Assembly: GCA_963666515.2 (NCBI GenBank)
Contig: OY762897.2
Location: 3,328,001 to 3,392,000, forward strand
Length of the DNA stretch: 64,000 nucleotides
Direction: 5' to 3'
Source of the DNA: Candidatus Binatia bacterium
GTDB lineage: Bacteria; Desulfobacterota; Binatia; UBA9968; JAJDTQ01
The position numbers and the translations under genes are program-made. The notes under the pieces were generated by a model, which searched no databases, was not told the DNA's origin, and worked only from the letters and a program-made list of their open reading frames with translations. Below, one piece after another: positions 41,956-52,600 of the stretch (its first letter is position 1; each line of letters opens with the position of its first letter).

Positions 41956-42654
41956 TCAGTCCAGCAGCGCCACCACCCGGGCCGGGGCGGACTCGGTCTT
42001 CCACTTGGCCGGGAGCGCGATGATTTTGGCGGTGGGGCCGATCTGGTCCAGGTTGATGAGGTTCTCGATCTGGCAGGTCACCTTGGGCAGGATCGTGCGG
42101 TGCACGGTCATGCCGCTGCCCAGGATCTCGTCGGCGTGCTGGTAGTCCGAGCCCTTCTCCTCCTGGGCGAAGTCGTAGCCGATGACCGCGGGCTGCTTGT
42201 CCACGACCCACTGGGCCGCCTCCCGGGAGAGGAACGGCGAGTCGTTCCACCAGGAGGGATCGGTGGTCCGGTGCCCCTTGGGCCAGTCGGTGCGCAGCAG
42301 CAGGATGCCGCCGGGCTCGATCGCCACCCCCTGCTCGGCCAGCGCCGCCTCGGCCCGTTCCATGTCCTCCGGCGTGATGCGCGCGCCGGGCTGGCAACGG
42401 AAAGACAGGTCCAGGACCACCGCCGTGCCTATCAGCGGCTCCAGCGGAAGCTGCTCCACCGACGGCTTGTCGCGGAAGAAGTGGTGCGGCGAATCGATGT
42501 GCGTGCCCGCGTGAACGGTCAGCTCCACGAGGTTGGAGACGAACCCCTTGTCCTCCCAGTCGATGATGGGCTTGATCCTGAAGTAGGTCTCGTCGGGGGC
42601 GAACGGAGCCGAGTCGCACTCCTCTACGGTCATGCTGAGATCGACGATACGCAT
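41956..42654 (-). CDS. Cyclase family metal-dependent hydrolase (kynurenine formamidase-like)
   Basis: HAGTHIDSPHHF, IENL, APARVVA. Confidence 0.9.
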   Translation of the reverse strand: MRIVDLSMTVEECDSAPFAPDETYFRIKPIIDWEDKGFVSNLVELTVHAGTHIDSPHHFFRDKPSVEQLPLEPLIGTAVVLDLSFRCQPGARITPEDMERAEAALAEQGVAIEPGGILLLRTDWPKGHRTTDPSWWNDSPFLSREAAQWVVDKQPAVIGYDFAQEEKGSDYQHADEILGSGMTVHRTILPKVTCQIENLINLDQIGPTAKIIALPAKWKTESAPARVVALLD

Positions 42655-42789
42655 GGAAAAGGCTCCTTTCCGCAAGACAAACGGCTCGCGTCCTTATATC
42701 ATTGCACGGCGTCCGAAAGTCAACGCGCGGTGAGCCGTCCGGCGTCCTCCGGCGGACCCCCGGCAACACACATCGAAGGAGGCGACAGC

Positions 42790-43077
42790 ATGATCTACGA
42801 AGTGAGGATGCAGACGGTGGACCCCGACAGGCGCAGCGAGTACGTGCAGGCATACAAGGAAGCCATCCAGTCCAGCAAGGAAGCGGGATGCCACGGCGGG
42901 CTGATCATGTGCAGCGACGACGATCCCTCCAGAGTCATGGTCCTGCTCCACTGGCCGACCCGCGAGCACCACGAACGCTGGCGCGGCACGCCGACCCACG
43001 TGAAGTTCCGCCAGACCATCGACCCCTGGCAGACCCAGCCCAGCGTCGGCGACTACTATGTGGCGGAGACCATATGA
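42790..43077 (+). CDS. ABM domain protein
   Basis: AAGGAGG RBS; GCHG...DDPSRVMVLLHW. Confidence 0.75.
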   Translation: MIYEVRMQTVDPDRRSEYVQAYKEAIQSSKEAGCHGGLIMCSDDDPSRVMVLLHWPTREHHERWRGTPTHVKFRQTIDPWQTQPSVGDYYVAETI

Positions 43078-43117
43078 TGTGCTGTCCATATCATATGATT
43101 GACCCCGGACATTGACC

Positions 43118-45418
43118 ATGGACGTCGATCCCATCCGCTACGAGATGTTTCTGCACCGCCTGTGGGCGGTGGGCGAGGAGGGGCGCTCCACCCTCCAGCG
43201 CGTCACCGCCTCGCCCATCGTGGCCCAGGGCGGCGAGGTCATGAGCTCGTTCTACGACGCCGAGGGCAAGATGGTGCTGGCCTGCTCCGGCCACCTGCGG
43301 TTCGCCGCCGCCACCTCGGACGCCATCAAGTACCTCATCGAGTGGTACGGCGAGTCGCCGGGGTTCCACGACGGCGACCAGCTCTTCTTCAACGACCCCT
43401 ACGTGGCCGGCTCCCACACCTACGACATGATGGTGATCAAGCCCATCTTCCTGGACGGGCGCCTGATCGCCTGGATCGCCACCAGCACCCACACCGCGGA
43501 CACCGGCGGGGTGCTGCGGGGCGCGGCCCTGGAGATCTTCCACGAGGGCATCCGTATCCTGGGGGTCAAGGTGGTGGAGCGGGGCGAGTTCCGCGAGGAC
43601 GTGTTCCGCACCCTCACCGAGCAGTGCCGGGACCCGCAGTACGTGGGGCTTGACATCAAGGCCATGATCGCGGGCAACAACGTGTGCGCTTCCCGCTACC
43701 TGAGTCTGGTGGAGAAGTTCGGCCTGGAGTTCATCGAGGCGGCGGGGGAGAAGACGCTGGCGGACGCCGAGGAGATGGCGCGCGCCAAGCTGCGCTCGCT
43801 GCCCGACGGCGTCTGGCGCTCGCGGGTCTACTACTCCGCGCGCGAGGCCGACCAGTCCGACGCCGACATCATCGCCGTCATCTGCGCCGTCACCAAGAAG
43901 GGTGACTCCCTGGACATCGACCTCGACGGCACCAGCCCCCAGACCTCCGGGGACACCAACTCGACCCTGCCGAGCACGGTGGCGCACCTGAACATCGCGC
44001 TCACCAACCAGCTCTTCTGGGACGTCCCGTGGAACGACGGCAAGCTGGCGCCCATCCGCATGAGGGTGCCCGAAGGCTCGGTGCTGAACTGCACCTTCCC
44101 CGCGGCCTGCGGCTTGGCGCCCATGATCGGCGGCATGTTCGTGGCCGCGGTCAGCGAGTGCCTGGCCAAGATGCTCTATGCCGCCGGACGGAAGGACGAC
44201 GTAAACGCCGGCTGGTTCGGCGCCTGGTACTCGGGCGGCCCGGGCTTCATGTACGGCGGCCACAACCGGGAGGGGCTGGCCAACGCCCAGGGGCTCTACG
44301 ACGTGCACGGCGGCGGCCTCGGCGCCACCCCGGACCGGGACGGCGTGAACACCGGCGGCCACATGAACATCCCGTCCGGCGGCATCTCCGACATCGAGCG
44401 CATCGAGATGCAGTACCCGTTCATCTACCTGGCGCGCAGGCACGTGAAGGACGGCTCGGGCTTCGGCAAGCATCGCGGCGGCTACGGCAGCGAGCGGCTG
44501 CTGTTCGTCTACGGCTCCGCCGACGTTTCCGCCAACTACCGCCCCTACGGCGCGGTGCCCAACGGCTTCGGGCTGTTCGGCGGCTATCCCGCGGGCTTCG
44601 GCGGCAACCGGGCGCTTTACCGCACCGAGGGCCTGCTGGAGCGCCTGCGCGAGGGCGCCTACCCCACGGGCGCCGACGAGCTGCAGGGCCTGGACTGGTG
44701 CCGGCTGGACCTGCCCGAGGGCTTCCGGCCGCGGGTGCCGATCCCCGAGATGACCTTCGTCACCGACGTCACCCAGAGCGGCGGCGGGTTCGGCGACCCG
44801 CTGGAGCGGGACCCCGCGCAGGTGGAGCGTGACGTCCGCACCGGCCGTACCAGCGCCGACGTAGCCGACCGGATCTACGGCGTCAGGCTCGACGGCGACG
44901 GCCGGGTGGACGCCGCCGCCACCGCGGAGCGGCGGGAGGAACTGCGGGCCGAGCGGCTGGCCCGGGGGTCCCGTCCCGCCGGCGACGCCGGTGACGGCAG
45001 CGCCAAGGGCCTCGCCGGTGCCTCGATTTCCGCAATCGACCCAGGCGCTCCGGCCGTCGCGGCCGGCGCCCGCGCAACCGGCGCGGAGGTCATTCTGCAC
45101 GTGCACGAGTACCTCGATCTGGTCAGGGCCGGAGGCCGCCTCGTGGTGTGCTGCCGCAAGTGCGCCCGCGTGTTCTGCGACGGCGGGGAGAACTACAAGC
45201 GCGGCGCCGTCGAGATCACCATGGACCTGGAAGAAGTGGCCGGCCAGCGCGTCCCCTCCGGCGAGCCCTATCGCGGCGTGCTGCTGGGCTATGTCTGTCC
45301 CGGTTGTGCCACGCTGCTGCAGGTCGACGTCTTCTGCCCCACCCGCGACGACCAGCGGCCCCTCTGGGACATCCAGCTCGACTGCTCGACGTTCGCGTCG
45401 AGTCCCCCCAATTTGTGA
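43118..45418 (+). CDS. Hydantoinase B/oxoprolinase (acetone carboxylase alpha-like) fused to an acetone carboxylase gamma-like domain
   Basis: NDPYVAGSHTYD, GFGKHRGG, GGGFGDPLERDP; C-terminal HEYLD..CRKC...NYK...CPGCATLL. Confidence 0.85.
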   Translation: MDVDPIRYEMFLHRLWAVGEEGRSTLQRVTASPIVAQGGEVMSSFYDAEGKMVLACSGHLRFAAATSDAIKYLIEWYGESPGFHDGDQLFFNDPYVAGSHTYDMMVIKPIFLDGRLIAWIATSTHTADTGGVLRGAALEIFHEGIRILGVKVVERGEFREDVFRTLTEQCRDPQYVGLDIKAMIAGNNVCASRYLSLVEKFGLEFIEAAGEKTLADAEEMARAKLRSLPDGVWRSRVYYSAREADQSDADIIAVICAVTKKGDSLDIDLDGTSPQTSGDTNSTLPSTVAHLNIALTNQLFWDVPWNDGKLAPIRMRVPEGSVLNCTFPAACGLAPMIGGMFVAAVSECLAKMLYAAGRKDDVNAGWFGAWYSGGPGFMYGGHNREGLANAQGLYDVHGGGLGATPDRDGVNTGGHMNIPSGGISDIERIEMQYPFIYLARRHVKDGSGFGKHRGGYGSERLLFVYGSADVSANYRPYGAVPNGFGLFGGYPAGFGGNRALYRTEGLLERLREGAYPTGADELQGLDWCRLDLPEGFRPRVPIPEMTFVTDVTQSGGGFGDPLERDPAQVERDVRTGRTSADVADRIYGVRLDGDGRVDAAATAERREELRAERLARGSRPAGDAGDGSAKGLAGASISAIDPGAPAVAAGARATGAEVILHVHEYLDLVRAGGRLVVCCRKCARVFCDGGENYKRGAVEITMDLEEVAGQRVPSGEPYRGVLLGYVCPGCATLLQVDVFCPTRDDQRPLWDIQLDCSTFASSPPNL

Positions 45419-45451
45419 GACAGTTGCGAACTCCGTAAGGGAAACCCATCC

Positions 45452-47044
45452 ATGCACCGAATCATCAGCTCGCTGGCCGGAGCGCTCTTCATCGTCCTGG
45501 CCTTCGCCGCGCCGGTCCAGGCGGAGACGCTGCGGGACACGCTGGTCATGGCCAGGGACCTGGGCGACCTCATCACCCTGGATCCCGCCGAATCGTTCGA
45601 GATCTCCACCGGCGAGATCATCGCCAACATCTACGACCGGATCATGATGTTTGAGCCGGAAGACATGCGCCAGCTTGCCGGCGGCGTGACCGAGAGCCAC
45701 GAGGTGAGCGGCGACGGCAAGACCATCACCTTCCGGATACGAGACGGCCTGCGCTTCCATTCCGGCAATCCGGTGCGCCCGGAGGACGTCGAATTCTCCA
45801 TCGAGCGCGCCGTGAAGCTGGCCAAGACGCCTGCCTTCATCTTCACCCAGCTCGGCTGGAACGACGACAACGTGGAGGAACTGATCGAAGTGGTGGACGG
45901 CCGGCACGTCCGCATCACCGTCGTCGAGGGGTTCTCCCCGGTGCTGGTGCTGAACACGCTCTCCGCCGGCATCGCCTCGGTGGTCGACAAGGAACTCGTG
46001 CTCGCCCACGAGAAAGACGGCGACCTCGGCAACGGGTGGCTCAGGGCCAACAGCGCCGGCTCCGGCCCGTTCAGGCTGTACCGCTGGAAGGCCGGCGAGA
46101 CCGTGGTCCTGGACGCCAATCCCGGCTACCGCCACGGCGCGCCCGGGGTGAACCGCGTCATCCTGCGCCACGTGCCGGAGCCGGCCGCGCAGCGGCGGCT
46201 GCTCGAGAACGGCGACGTCGACATGGCGCGCAACCTCACGCCCGAACTAGTCCGGGAGATCGAGGGCCGCGCGGACCTCGCCGTCGACGGCCATCCCAAG
46301 GGCACCATCATCTACCTCGCGGCCAACGCGTCACATCCCGTCCTCGGCAAGACCCGGGTCGTGCAGGCGTTGCGTCACGCGGCGGACTACCACGGCATGG
46401 CGGATTCGTTCCTCGCCGGCCAGTTCGTGGTGCACCAGGCGTTCTGGCCGCGTGGCCTGTGGGCGGCCCACACCGGGACGCCATACCGGCTCGACCTGGC
46501 CAAGGCGAAGTCGCTGCTCGCGGCCGCGGGCCATGCCGGCGGTTTCGAGGTGCGCATCGACACGCTCACCAACCCGCCGTTCCCGGAGATCGCCCGGTCG
46601 CTGCAGGCCACTTTCGCCCAGGTGGGCATCAAGGCTCGAATCGTGACACAGGAGGGCAGGACGCTCTGGCCGAAGTACCGCACGCGCGGGCATGAGCTGA
46701 TCCTGGCGCCGTGGTCGCCGGACTACGTGGACCCGCATTCCAACGCGGGGGCCTTTGCGCACAACCCGGACAATCGGGTCGAGGCCAATCTCGCCGGCGT
46801 GGTCGCGTGGCGCAACGCGTGGGCGCGCGACGACATCAACGCAATGGCGGTGGCGGCGCGCGACGAGCGGGACCCGGAGAGGCGCGCGCAACTCTACGTG
46901 GACCTCCAGAAGCGCCTTCAAGTCGAAGGACCGTACGTGATCCTGTTCCAGCAGAACGAACAGGTCGCGCGCCGCACGAACGTCGCGGGCTTCGTCTCCG
47001 GTTCGAACTTCGACCTGGTCTACTACCGCAACGTAACCAAGTAG
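45452..47044 (+). CDS. ABC transporter peptide/nickel family substrate-binding protein
   Basis: Signal peptide; TLDPAE, FHSGNPV..EDV.FS, GSGPF. Confidence 0.9.
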   Translation: MHRIISSLAGALFIVLAFAAPVQAETLRDTLVMARDLGDLITLDPAESFEISTGEIIANIYDRIMMFEPEDMRQLAGGVTESHEVSGDGKTITFRIRDGLRFHSGNPVRPEDVEFSIERAVKLAKTPAFIFTQLGWNDDNVEELIEVVDGRHVRITVVEGFSPVLVLNTLSAGIASVVDKELVLAHEKDGDLGNGWLRANSAGSGPFRLYRWKAGETVVLDANPGYRHGAPGVNRVILRHVPEPAAQRRLLENGDVDMARNLTPELVREIEGRADLAVDGHPKGTIIYLAANASHPVLGKTRVVQALRHAADYHGMADSFLAGQFVVHQAFWPRGLWAAHTGTPYRLDLAKAKSLLAAAGHAGGFEVRIDTLTNPPFPEIARSLQATFAQVGIKARIVTQEGRTLWPKYRTRGHELILAPWSPDYVDPHSNAGAFAHNPDNRVEANLAGVVAWRNAWARDDINAMAVAARDERDPERRAQLYVDLQKRLQVEGPYVILFQQNEQVARRTNVAGFVSGSNFDLVYYRNVTK

Positions 47045-47123
47045 AGCCGGGGATTTTGCAAAGAACGGCGCTCCTGTGATAACCCCGGCTGGAGTGCCAG
47101 CAAGTCTACCACGGAGGTGAACC

Positions 47124-48137
47124 ATGCAGAGAAGAACGAGTTTGCGAAGGTCCTTTGCGATGTCGGCCGCGGCTTCGGCGGCGATGCTCCTGTGCCTGAT
47201 CGTGGGCTCCAACGCCGGCGCCCAGAAGCTGCCGGGCAAGATCACCTGGATCGTTCCCTTCGGGCTTGGGGGCGGCACCGGGACGTCGGCGCTGCTGCTG
47301 GCTCCGAAGCTTCAGAAGACGCTCGAAGGCAACGGCGTCAAGGAAGTCAAGGTGGTGAGCCTGCCGGGGGCCGGCGGCACCGTGGGGACGAAGCGGCTCT
47401 ACGGCTCGCCGGCGGACGGGAGCGTCATCGGCAGCATGCTGCCGGCGGGCGGACTGGCGCAGTCGGCGACACGGGACGTGGGCTTCGACCTGTCCAAGTT
47501 CACCTACCTGGCCAAGATTACCACCGCTCCCCGTTTCCTGTTCGTCAAGGGGGACTCCCCCATCAAGTCGCTTGACGACCTCATCGCGGAAGGAAAGAAG
47601 CGGCCCCTGAAGTTCTCCTCCGCGGGCGCGGCGTCGGCCGGATCCTTCGTGCTGGCCAACCTCATCGACAAGACCGGCATCAAGGTGAAGGACGTCACCG
47701 GGTACAAGAGCGGACGCTCGCTGGTGGTGGCGGTGGCGCGCGGCGACGTGGACACCACCATCAAGACCACCGGCGGGGTGATCACCTTCATCAAGTCCGG
47801 CGAGGTCCGAGGCCTGGTGCAGCTCTCCTCGGAGAAGGACAAGGACCCGTTCTTCCCGGACGTGCCTTCGGCCGAAGCCCTGGGACGCAAGGACCTCATG
47901 GCGGGCGGCATCCTGTACATTCTCACGGCCGCGCCCCCCAAGGTGCCGCAGGCCGTGGCGGACGTGCTGAGCAACGCCATGCACCAGGTCATCTCGGAGT
48001 CCAAGGCGGAGTTGGAGAGCAAGGCCCAGGTCATCCACTCGCCCGCCACCGGGAAAGAGACGGCCATGCTCGTCAACAACCTGATCAAGGACTACGCGAA
48101 CCTGATCGCGCTCTACAAGGCGCAGCAGAAGAAGTAG
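47124..48137 (+). CDS. tctC: Tripartite tricarboxylate transporter substrate-binding protein
   Basis: WIVPFGLGGG, PGAGG, PADG, PDVPS..LG. Confidence 0.85.
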   Translation: MQRRTSLRRSFAMSAAASAAMLLCLIVGSNAGAQKLPGKITWIVPFGLGGGTGTSALLLAPKLQKTLEGNGVKEVKVVSLPGAGGTVGTKRLYGSPADGSVIGSMLPAGGLAQSATRDVGFDLSKFTYLAKITTAPRFLFVKGDSPIKSLDDLIAEGKKRPLKFSSAGAASAGSFVLANLIDKTGIKVKDVTGYKSGRSLVVAVARGDVDTTIKTTGGVITFIKSGEVRGLVQLSSEKDKDPFFPDVPSAEALGRKDLMAGGILYILTAAPPKVPQAVADVLSNAMHQVISESKAELESKAQVIHSPATGKETAMLVNNLIKDYANLIALYKAQQKK

Positions 48138-48177
48138 GTTCGCAGCCTCGCGGGCAACGCGCCGGAAGAGATGCTCC

Positions 48178-49692
48178 GTGATTGAGGCCATCGGTGAAGC
48201 GCTGCTGAACGTTTTCGGGTTCCCGAACGTTCTGGTGGTGCTTCTCGGCGTCACGGTGAGCATGCTGTTCGGCGCCCTGCCCGGCCTGGGCGGCATCGTC
48301 ATCCTGACCCTGGCGCTGCCCATCATCATGGCGATGGAGACGCAACTGGCCATGATGGTCTTCGCCGCTTCCATCGGCGGCATCACCTTCGGCGGCTCCA
48401 TCTCCGCCATCCTGCTCAACGTGCCCGGCACCGTCGCCAACATCGCCACGGTCTTCGACGGCCACCCGCTGGCCCGGCAGGGACGCGCCGGATATGCCCT
48501 GGCCATCTCCGCCACGGCGTCTGCCCTGGGGTCGGTGTTCGGCTACGTGATCTTTCTGGTGCTGCTCCCGGTGGTGCGCTCCATCGTCTTTTCCTTCGGC
48601 CCCCCGGAGTTCTTTCTCATGGCGCTGCTGGGCATCAGCATGATCGCGTCGCTGACTCAGAAGGAGCCGGTCAAGGGGCTCATCTCCGCGGGGTTGGGAT
48701 TCCTGGTGGCCTTCATCGGATATTCTCCCATCACCGGGGACGTGAGGTACGCGTTCGACCTGGACTATCTCTGGGACGGGGTCCACACGGGCGTCATCGC
48801 CATCGGCATCTTCGCCGTTTCCGAGATGTTCTTCCTCGCGGTGAAGGGAGAGGAGCTGGTCCAGGACACCGACGTGGTGCGGCCCACGCTGAGGGACGTG
48901 CTGGACGGTGTCCGATTCGTGCTCGCCAACTTCTTCCTGCTGGTCCGGAGCGCGGTCATCGGCTGCGTGGTGGGCATCATCCCCGGCGTCGGCGCCAACG
49001 TCGCAGCCTTTCTGGCCTATGCCCAGGCGCAGGCGACCTCCAGGAACCGCGCCAACTTCGGCCGCGGCGCACCCGAGGGCGTGCTCGCGCCGGAGGCTTC
49101 CAACGACGCCAAGGACGGCGGCGCGCTGCTGCCCACGGTGGCCTTCGGCATCCCCGGGAGCGCGCCCCACGCCATCCTGCTGGTGGGGCTGCTGCTGCTC
49201 GGATTGAACCCGGGCAAGGAGCTGCTGACCACGCACCAGGCCACGGTCTTCACCCTGGTGCTGGCGCTGATCGCCGCCAACGTGTGGACCTCCATCCTGG
49301 GGCTCCTGTTCGCCAACCAGCTCGTCAAGATCACGCGCATCCGGGTCACGCTGATCATCCCCATCGTGCTGGTCATCAGCTTCGTCGGCGCCTTCGTGCT
49401 GCGGAACAATCTGCTGGACGCGTTCGCCGTGCTGGTGTTCGGGTTCATCGGCTACGGCATGAAGAAGTACAGCTACTCCTTCATCACCTTCATCCTCGCC
49501 TACGTGCTGGGAGAGATCGCCGAGGTGTCGCTGTTCCAGACGCTGCTGATATCGGACACGGGGTTCCTGATCTTCGTCACCCGCCCCATATCGCTGGTGC
49601 TGACCCTGCTCATCCTCGCGGCCCTGGGCCTTCCGCTGGTGGCGCCGATCAGGCGGGCGTGGGCGCAGCGTCAACAACCGGACACCCCTTAG
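48178..49692 (+). CDS. tctA: Tripartite tricarboxylate transporter permease
   Basis: GALPGLG, GGSISAILLNVPGT, APEASNDA, GIPGS. Confidence 0.92.
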   Translation: MIEAIGEALLNVFGFPNVLVVLLGVTVSMLFGALPGLGGIVILTLALPIIMAMETQLAMMVFAASIGGITFGGSISAILLNVPGTVANIATVFDGHPLARQGRAGYALAISATASALGSVFGYVIFLVLLPVVRSIVFSFGPPEFFLMALLGISMIASLTQKEPVKGLISAGLGFLVAFIGYSPITGDVRYAFDLDYLWDGVHTGVIAIGIFAVSEMFFLAVKGEELVQDTDVVRPTLRDVLDGVRFVLANFFLLVRSAVIGCVVGIIPGVGANVAAFLAYAQAQATSRNRANFGRGAPEGVLAPEASNDAKDGGALLPTVAFGIPGSAPHAILLVGLLLLGLNPGKELLTTHQATVFTLVLALIAANVWTSILGLLFANQLVKITRIRVTLIIPIVLVISFVGAFVLRNNLLDAFAVLVFGFIGYGMKKYSYSFITFILAYVLGEIAEVSLFQTLLISDTGFLIFVTRPISLVLTLLILAALGLPLVAPIRRAWAQRQQPDTP

Positions 49693-49698
49693 CCCCCC

Positions 49699-52600
49699 AT
49701 GACCTTCTACGCCGACCTGCACGTCCACTCCCGGTTCTCCCGCGCCACCAGCCGGAACCTGGACCTGGAGCACTTGGCCGTCTGGGCTCGCAAGAAGGGC
49801 ATCGGCGTGGTGGGCACCGGCGACTTCACCCATCCGGCGTGGCGGGCCGAGTTGAAGGAGCAGCTCGTGCCGGCGGAGCCCGGGCTGTTCCGGTTGCGCG
49901 CCGACCTGGAGCGGGCGGTCGAGCGGCAGCTTCCGCCGGCCTGCGCCGGCGGCCTCGCCGCGGTGCGGTTCATGCTGTCGGTGGAGATCTCCACCATCTA
50001 CAAGAAGGGCGACAAGACCCGGAAGATACACCACCTGGTCTACTGTCCGGACTTCGACTCGGCCGACCGGCTGGTGGCCGCCCTCTCCCGCATCGGCAAC
50101 CTGCACTCGGACGGGCGGCCGATCCTGGGGCTGGACTCCCGGCACCTGCTGGAGATGACGCTGGAGTCGGGTCCGGGCTCGTACCTGGTGCCGGCGCACG
50201 TGTGGACCCCGTGGTTCGCCGCGCTGGGCTCCAAGTCCGGCTTCGACGCCGTGGACGACTGCTACGGGGACTTGGCGCCGCACATCTTCGCGGTGGAGAC
50301 GGGGCTCTCGTCCGACCCGCCCATGAACTGGCGGGTGTCGTCCCTGGACCGCTTCCGGCTCATGTCCAACTCCGACGCCCACTCGCCCGAGAAGCTGGGG
50401 CGGGAGGTGTGCGTCTTCCACACCGAGATGGACTACTTTGCGTTGCGCCGGGCGCTGGAGACGGGCGAGGGCTATGGCGGCACCCTGGAGTTCTTTCCGG
50501 AAGAGGGCAAGTACCATCTCGACGGCCACCGCAACTGCAACGTCCGCCTGGAGCCGGACGAGACCCGCGGGCTCGACGGCCGCTGCCCGGCCTGCGGCAA
50601 GCCGCTGACCGTGGGGGTGATGCACCGGGTGGAGGACCTGGCCGACCGGGCTCACGACGAGGCGCCGCCGGACACCGCGGGGGACACCCGCGGGCTGATC
50701 CCGCTGCCGGAAATCCTGGGTGAGATCCACCGCGTGGGCCCCAAGAGCAAGCGGGTCGCGCAGGACTACGAAGGGCTGCTGGCGCGGCTCGGACCGGAGC
50801 TGCAACTCCTGAACAGCGTGCCGCTGGAAGACATCGGTCCGGTCGCGCCGTCGCTGGTGGCCGAGGCGGTGGCGCGTCTGCGGCGGCGGGAAGTGATCCG
50901 GGAGGCCGGCTACGACGGCGTGTACGGCACCATCCGCCTGTTCCGGGACGCCGAGCTGGAGCGGCGGAGCCGGGGGGCGTCGCTGTTCGGGGAGGAGACC
51001 GCGGGATCGGCGACGGCTCAGGCCGCTCCGAGTGGGATGGATTCCGGCCAGGAGATCCCCCGTCCCGGAGTCGAAGCGCCGGAACGGGCCGCTCGGGCGC
51101 ATGAACCGGCGGCGGACGATCCCGCGATTGCGCGCCGGGAGCCGCTCGATCCCGGTTCCGCACCCGCACCCCACCCGGCTGATGAGCGCCGGGACGGCGG
51201 CTCACCGGGACAACTGTCGCTCCCCGCCGACCTGTCCCCCGGCGGCCGCGATCTCCTGGCCGGCCTGGACGCGGATCAGCGACGCGCGGCGGAGATCGTC
51301 GACGGACCCTTGCTGATCGTAGCCGGTCCCGGATCGGGGAAGACCCGGACCCTGACCCGCCGCATCGCCCACCTCGTCACGAACCACGGCGCGTCCCCGT
51401 CCGGCTGTCTTGCCGTCACCTTCACCCGCCGGGCCGCGGACGAGATGCGGAGCCGTCTGCGTGAGCTCCTGCCGGACGCATGGGCCGACATCCCGCTGCA
51501 CACCTTCCATTCCCTAGGCTTGGACATCCTCCGGGAGCACTGGAACGCCGCGGGGTTGCAACGGGGTTTCCGGGTTGCCTCGGAGGCCGAGCGGCTTCGG
51601 CTGCTGCGGGACGCGCTGGGGATCTCCGAGCGGCAGGCCCGCGCGCGCCAGTCGGCCATCTCCCAGGGCAAGCGGACCGGCGCGCCGTCCGCGGACGAGA
51701 AGCTCGCGCAGGCGTGGGAGGCCTACCGGCACGAGATGGAAACACGCAACTGGTGCGACTTCGACGACCTGGTCATCCGGGCTGCGGATGCCCTGGAACG
51801 CGACCCCGGAGTCCGCGAACAGGTGCGGCAACGGTATCCGTGGGTCTGCATCGACGAGTACCAGGACGTGGACGAGCAGCAGGTCCGGTTGATCAGGCAG
51901 ATCGTCCCTCCCGACGGGAACATCTGCGCCATCGGCGACCCCGACCAAGCCATCTACGGCTTCCGGGGCGCAGACCGCCGGTTCTTCTCCGAGTTTACCG
52001 AACACTTTCCGGGCGCCCATGTGGTGCGGCTCAGCCGCAACTATCGCTCCAACTCCAACATCGTCACCCTCTCCTCGCAGGTCATGGCCGTAGCGGCCTC
52101 GGCCGGACCTTCCATCCCGGTGCTCGACGACGACCCCGACCGCGTCACCCTGCACGAAGCCCCGAGCGAGAAGGCCGAGGCCGAGTTCATCGTGCAGTCC
52201 CTGGAGCAGGCGCTGGGCGGCCACAGCTTCTTCTCCATCGACAGCGGCCGATCGACCGAGGCCCTGGGCCACGATCTCTCGTTCTCCGATTTTGCAGTAC
52301 TCTACCGCACCGAGGCCCAGGCCGCGGCACTGGTGGAGGCGCTCCAGCGCTCCGGCATGCCCTGCCAGCAGCGCTCCCACAACCCGCTGCTGGATCATCC
52401 CGGCGTCGCCGCACTGGTGGAGGCATTGGGCCGCGCCCCGGACACCGGCTCGGTGCGCAGGCGCCTCGAAGCCGCCGGCATGGACGGCGAACCGCCGGAA
52501 GCCTGCGAGCTGCTGAAACCGCTGGCCGACGCCTGCGGCGACGACCTGGAGCGCTTCCTTTCCGAACTGGCCCTGGGCAGCCAGGTGGACACCTGGGACC

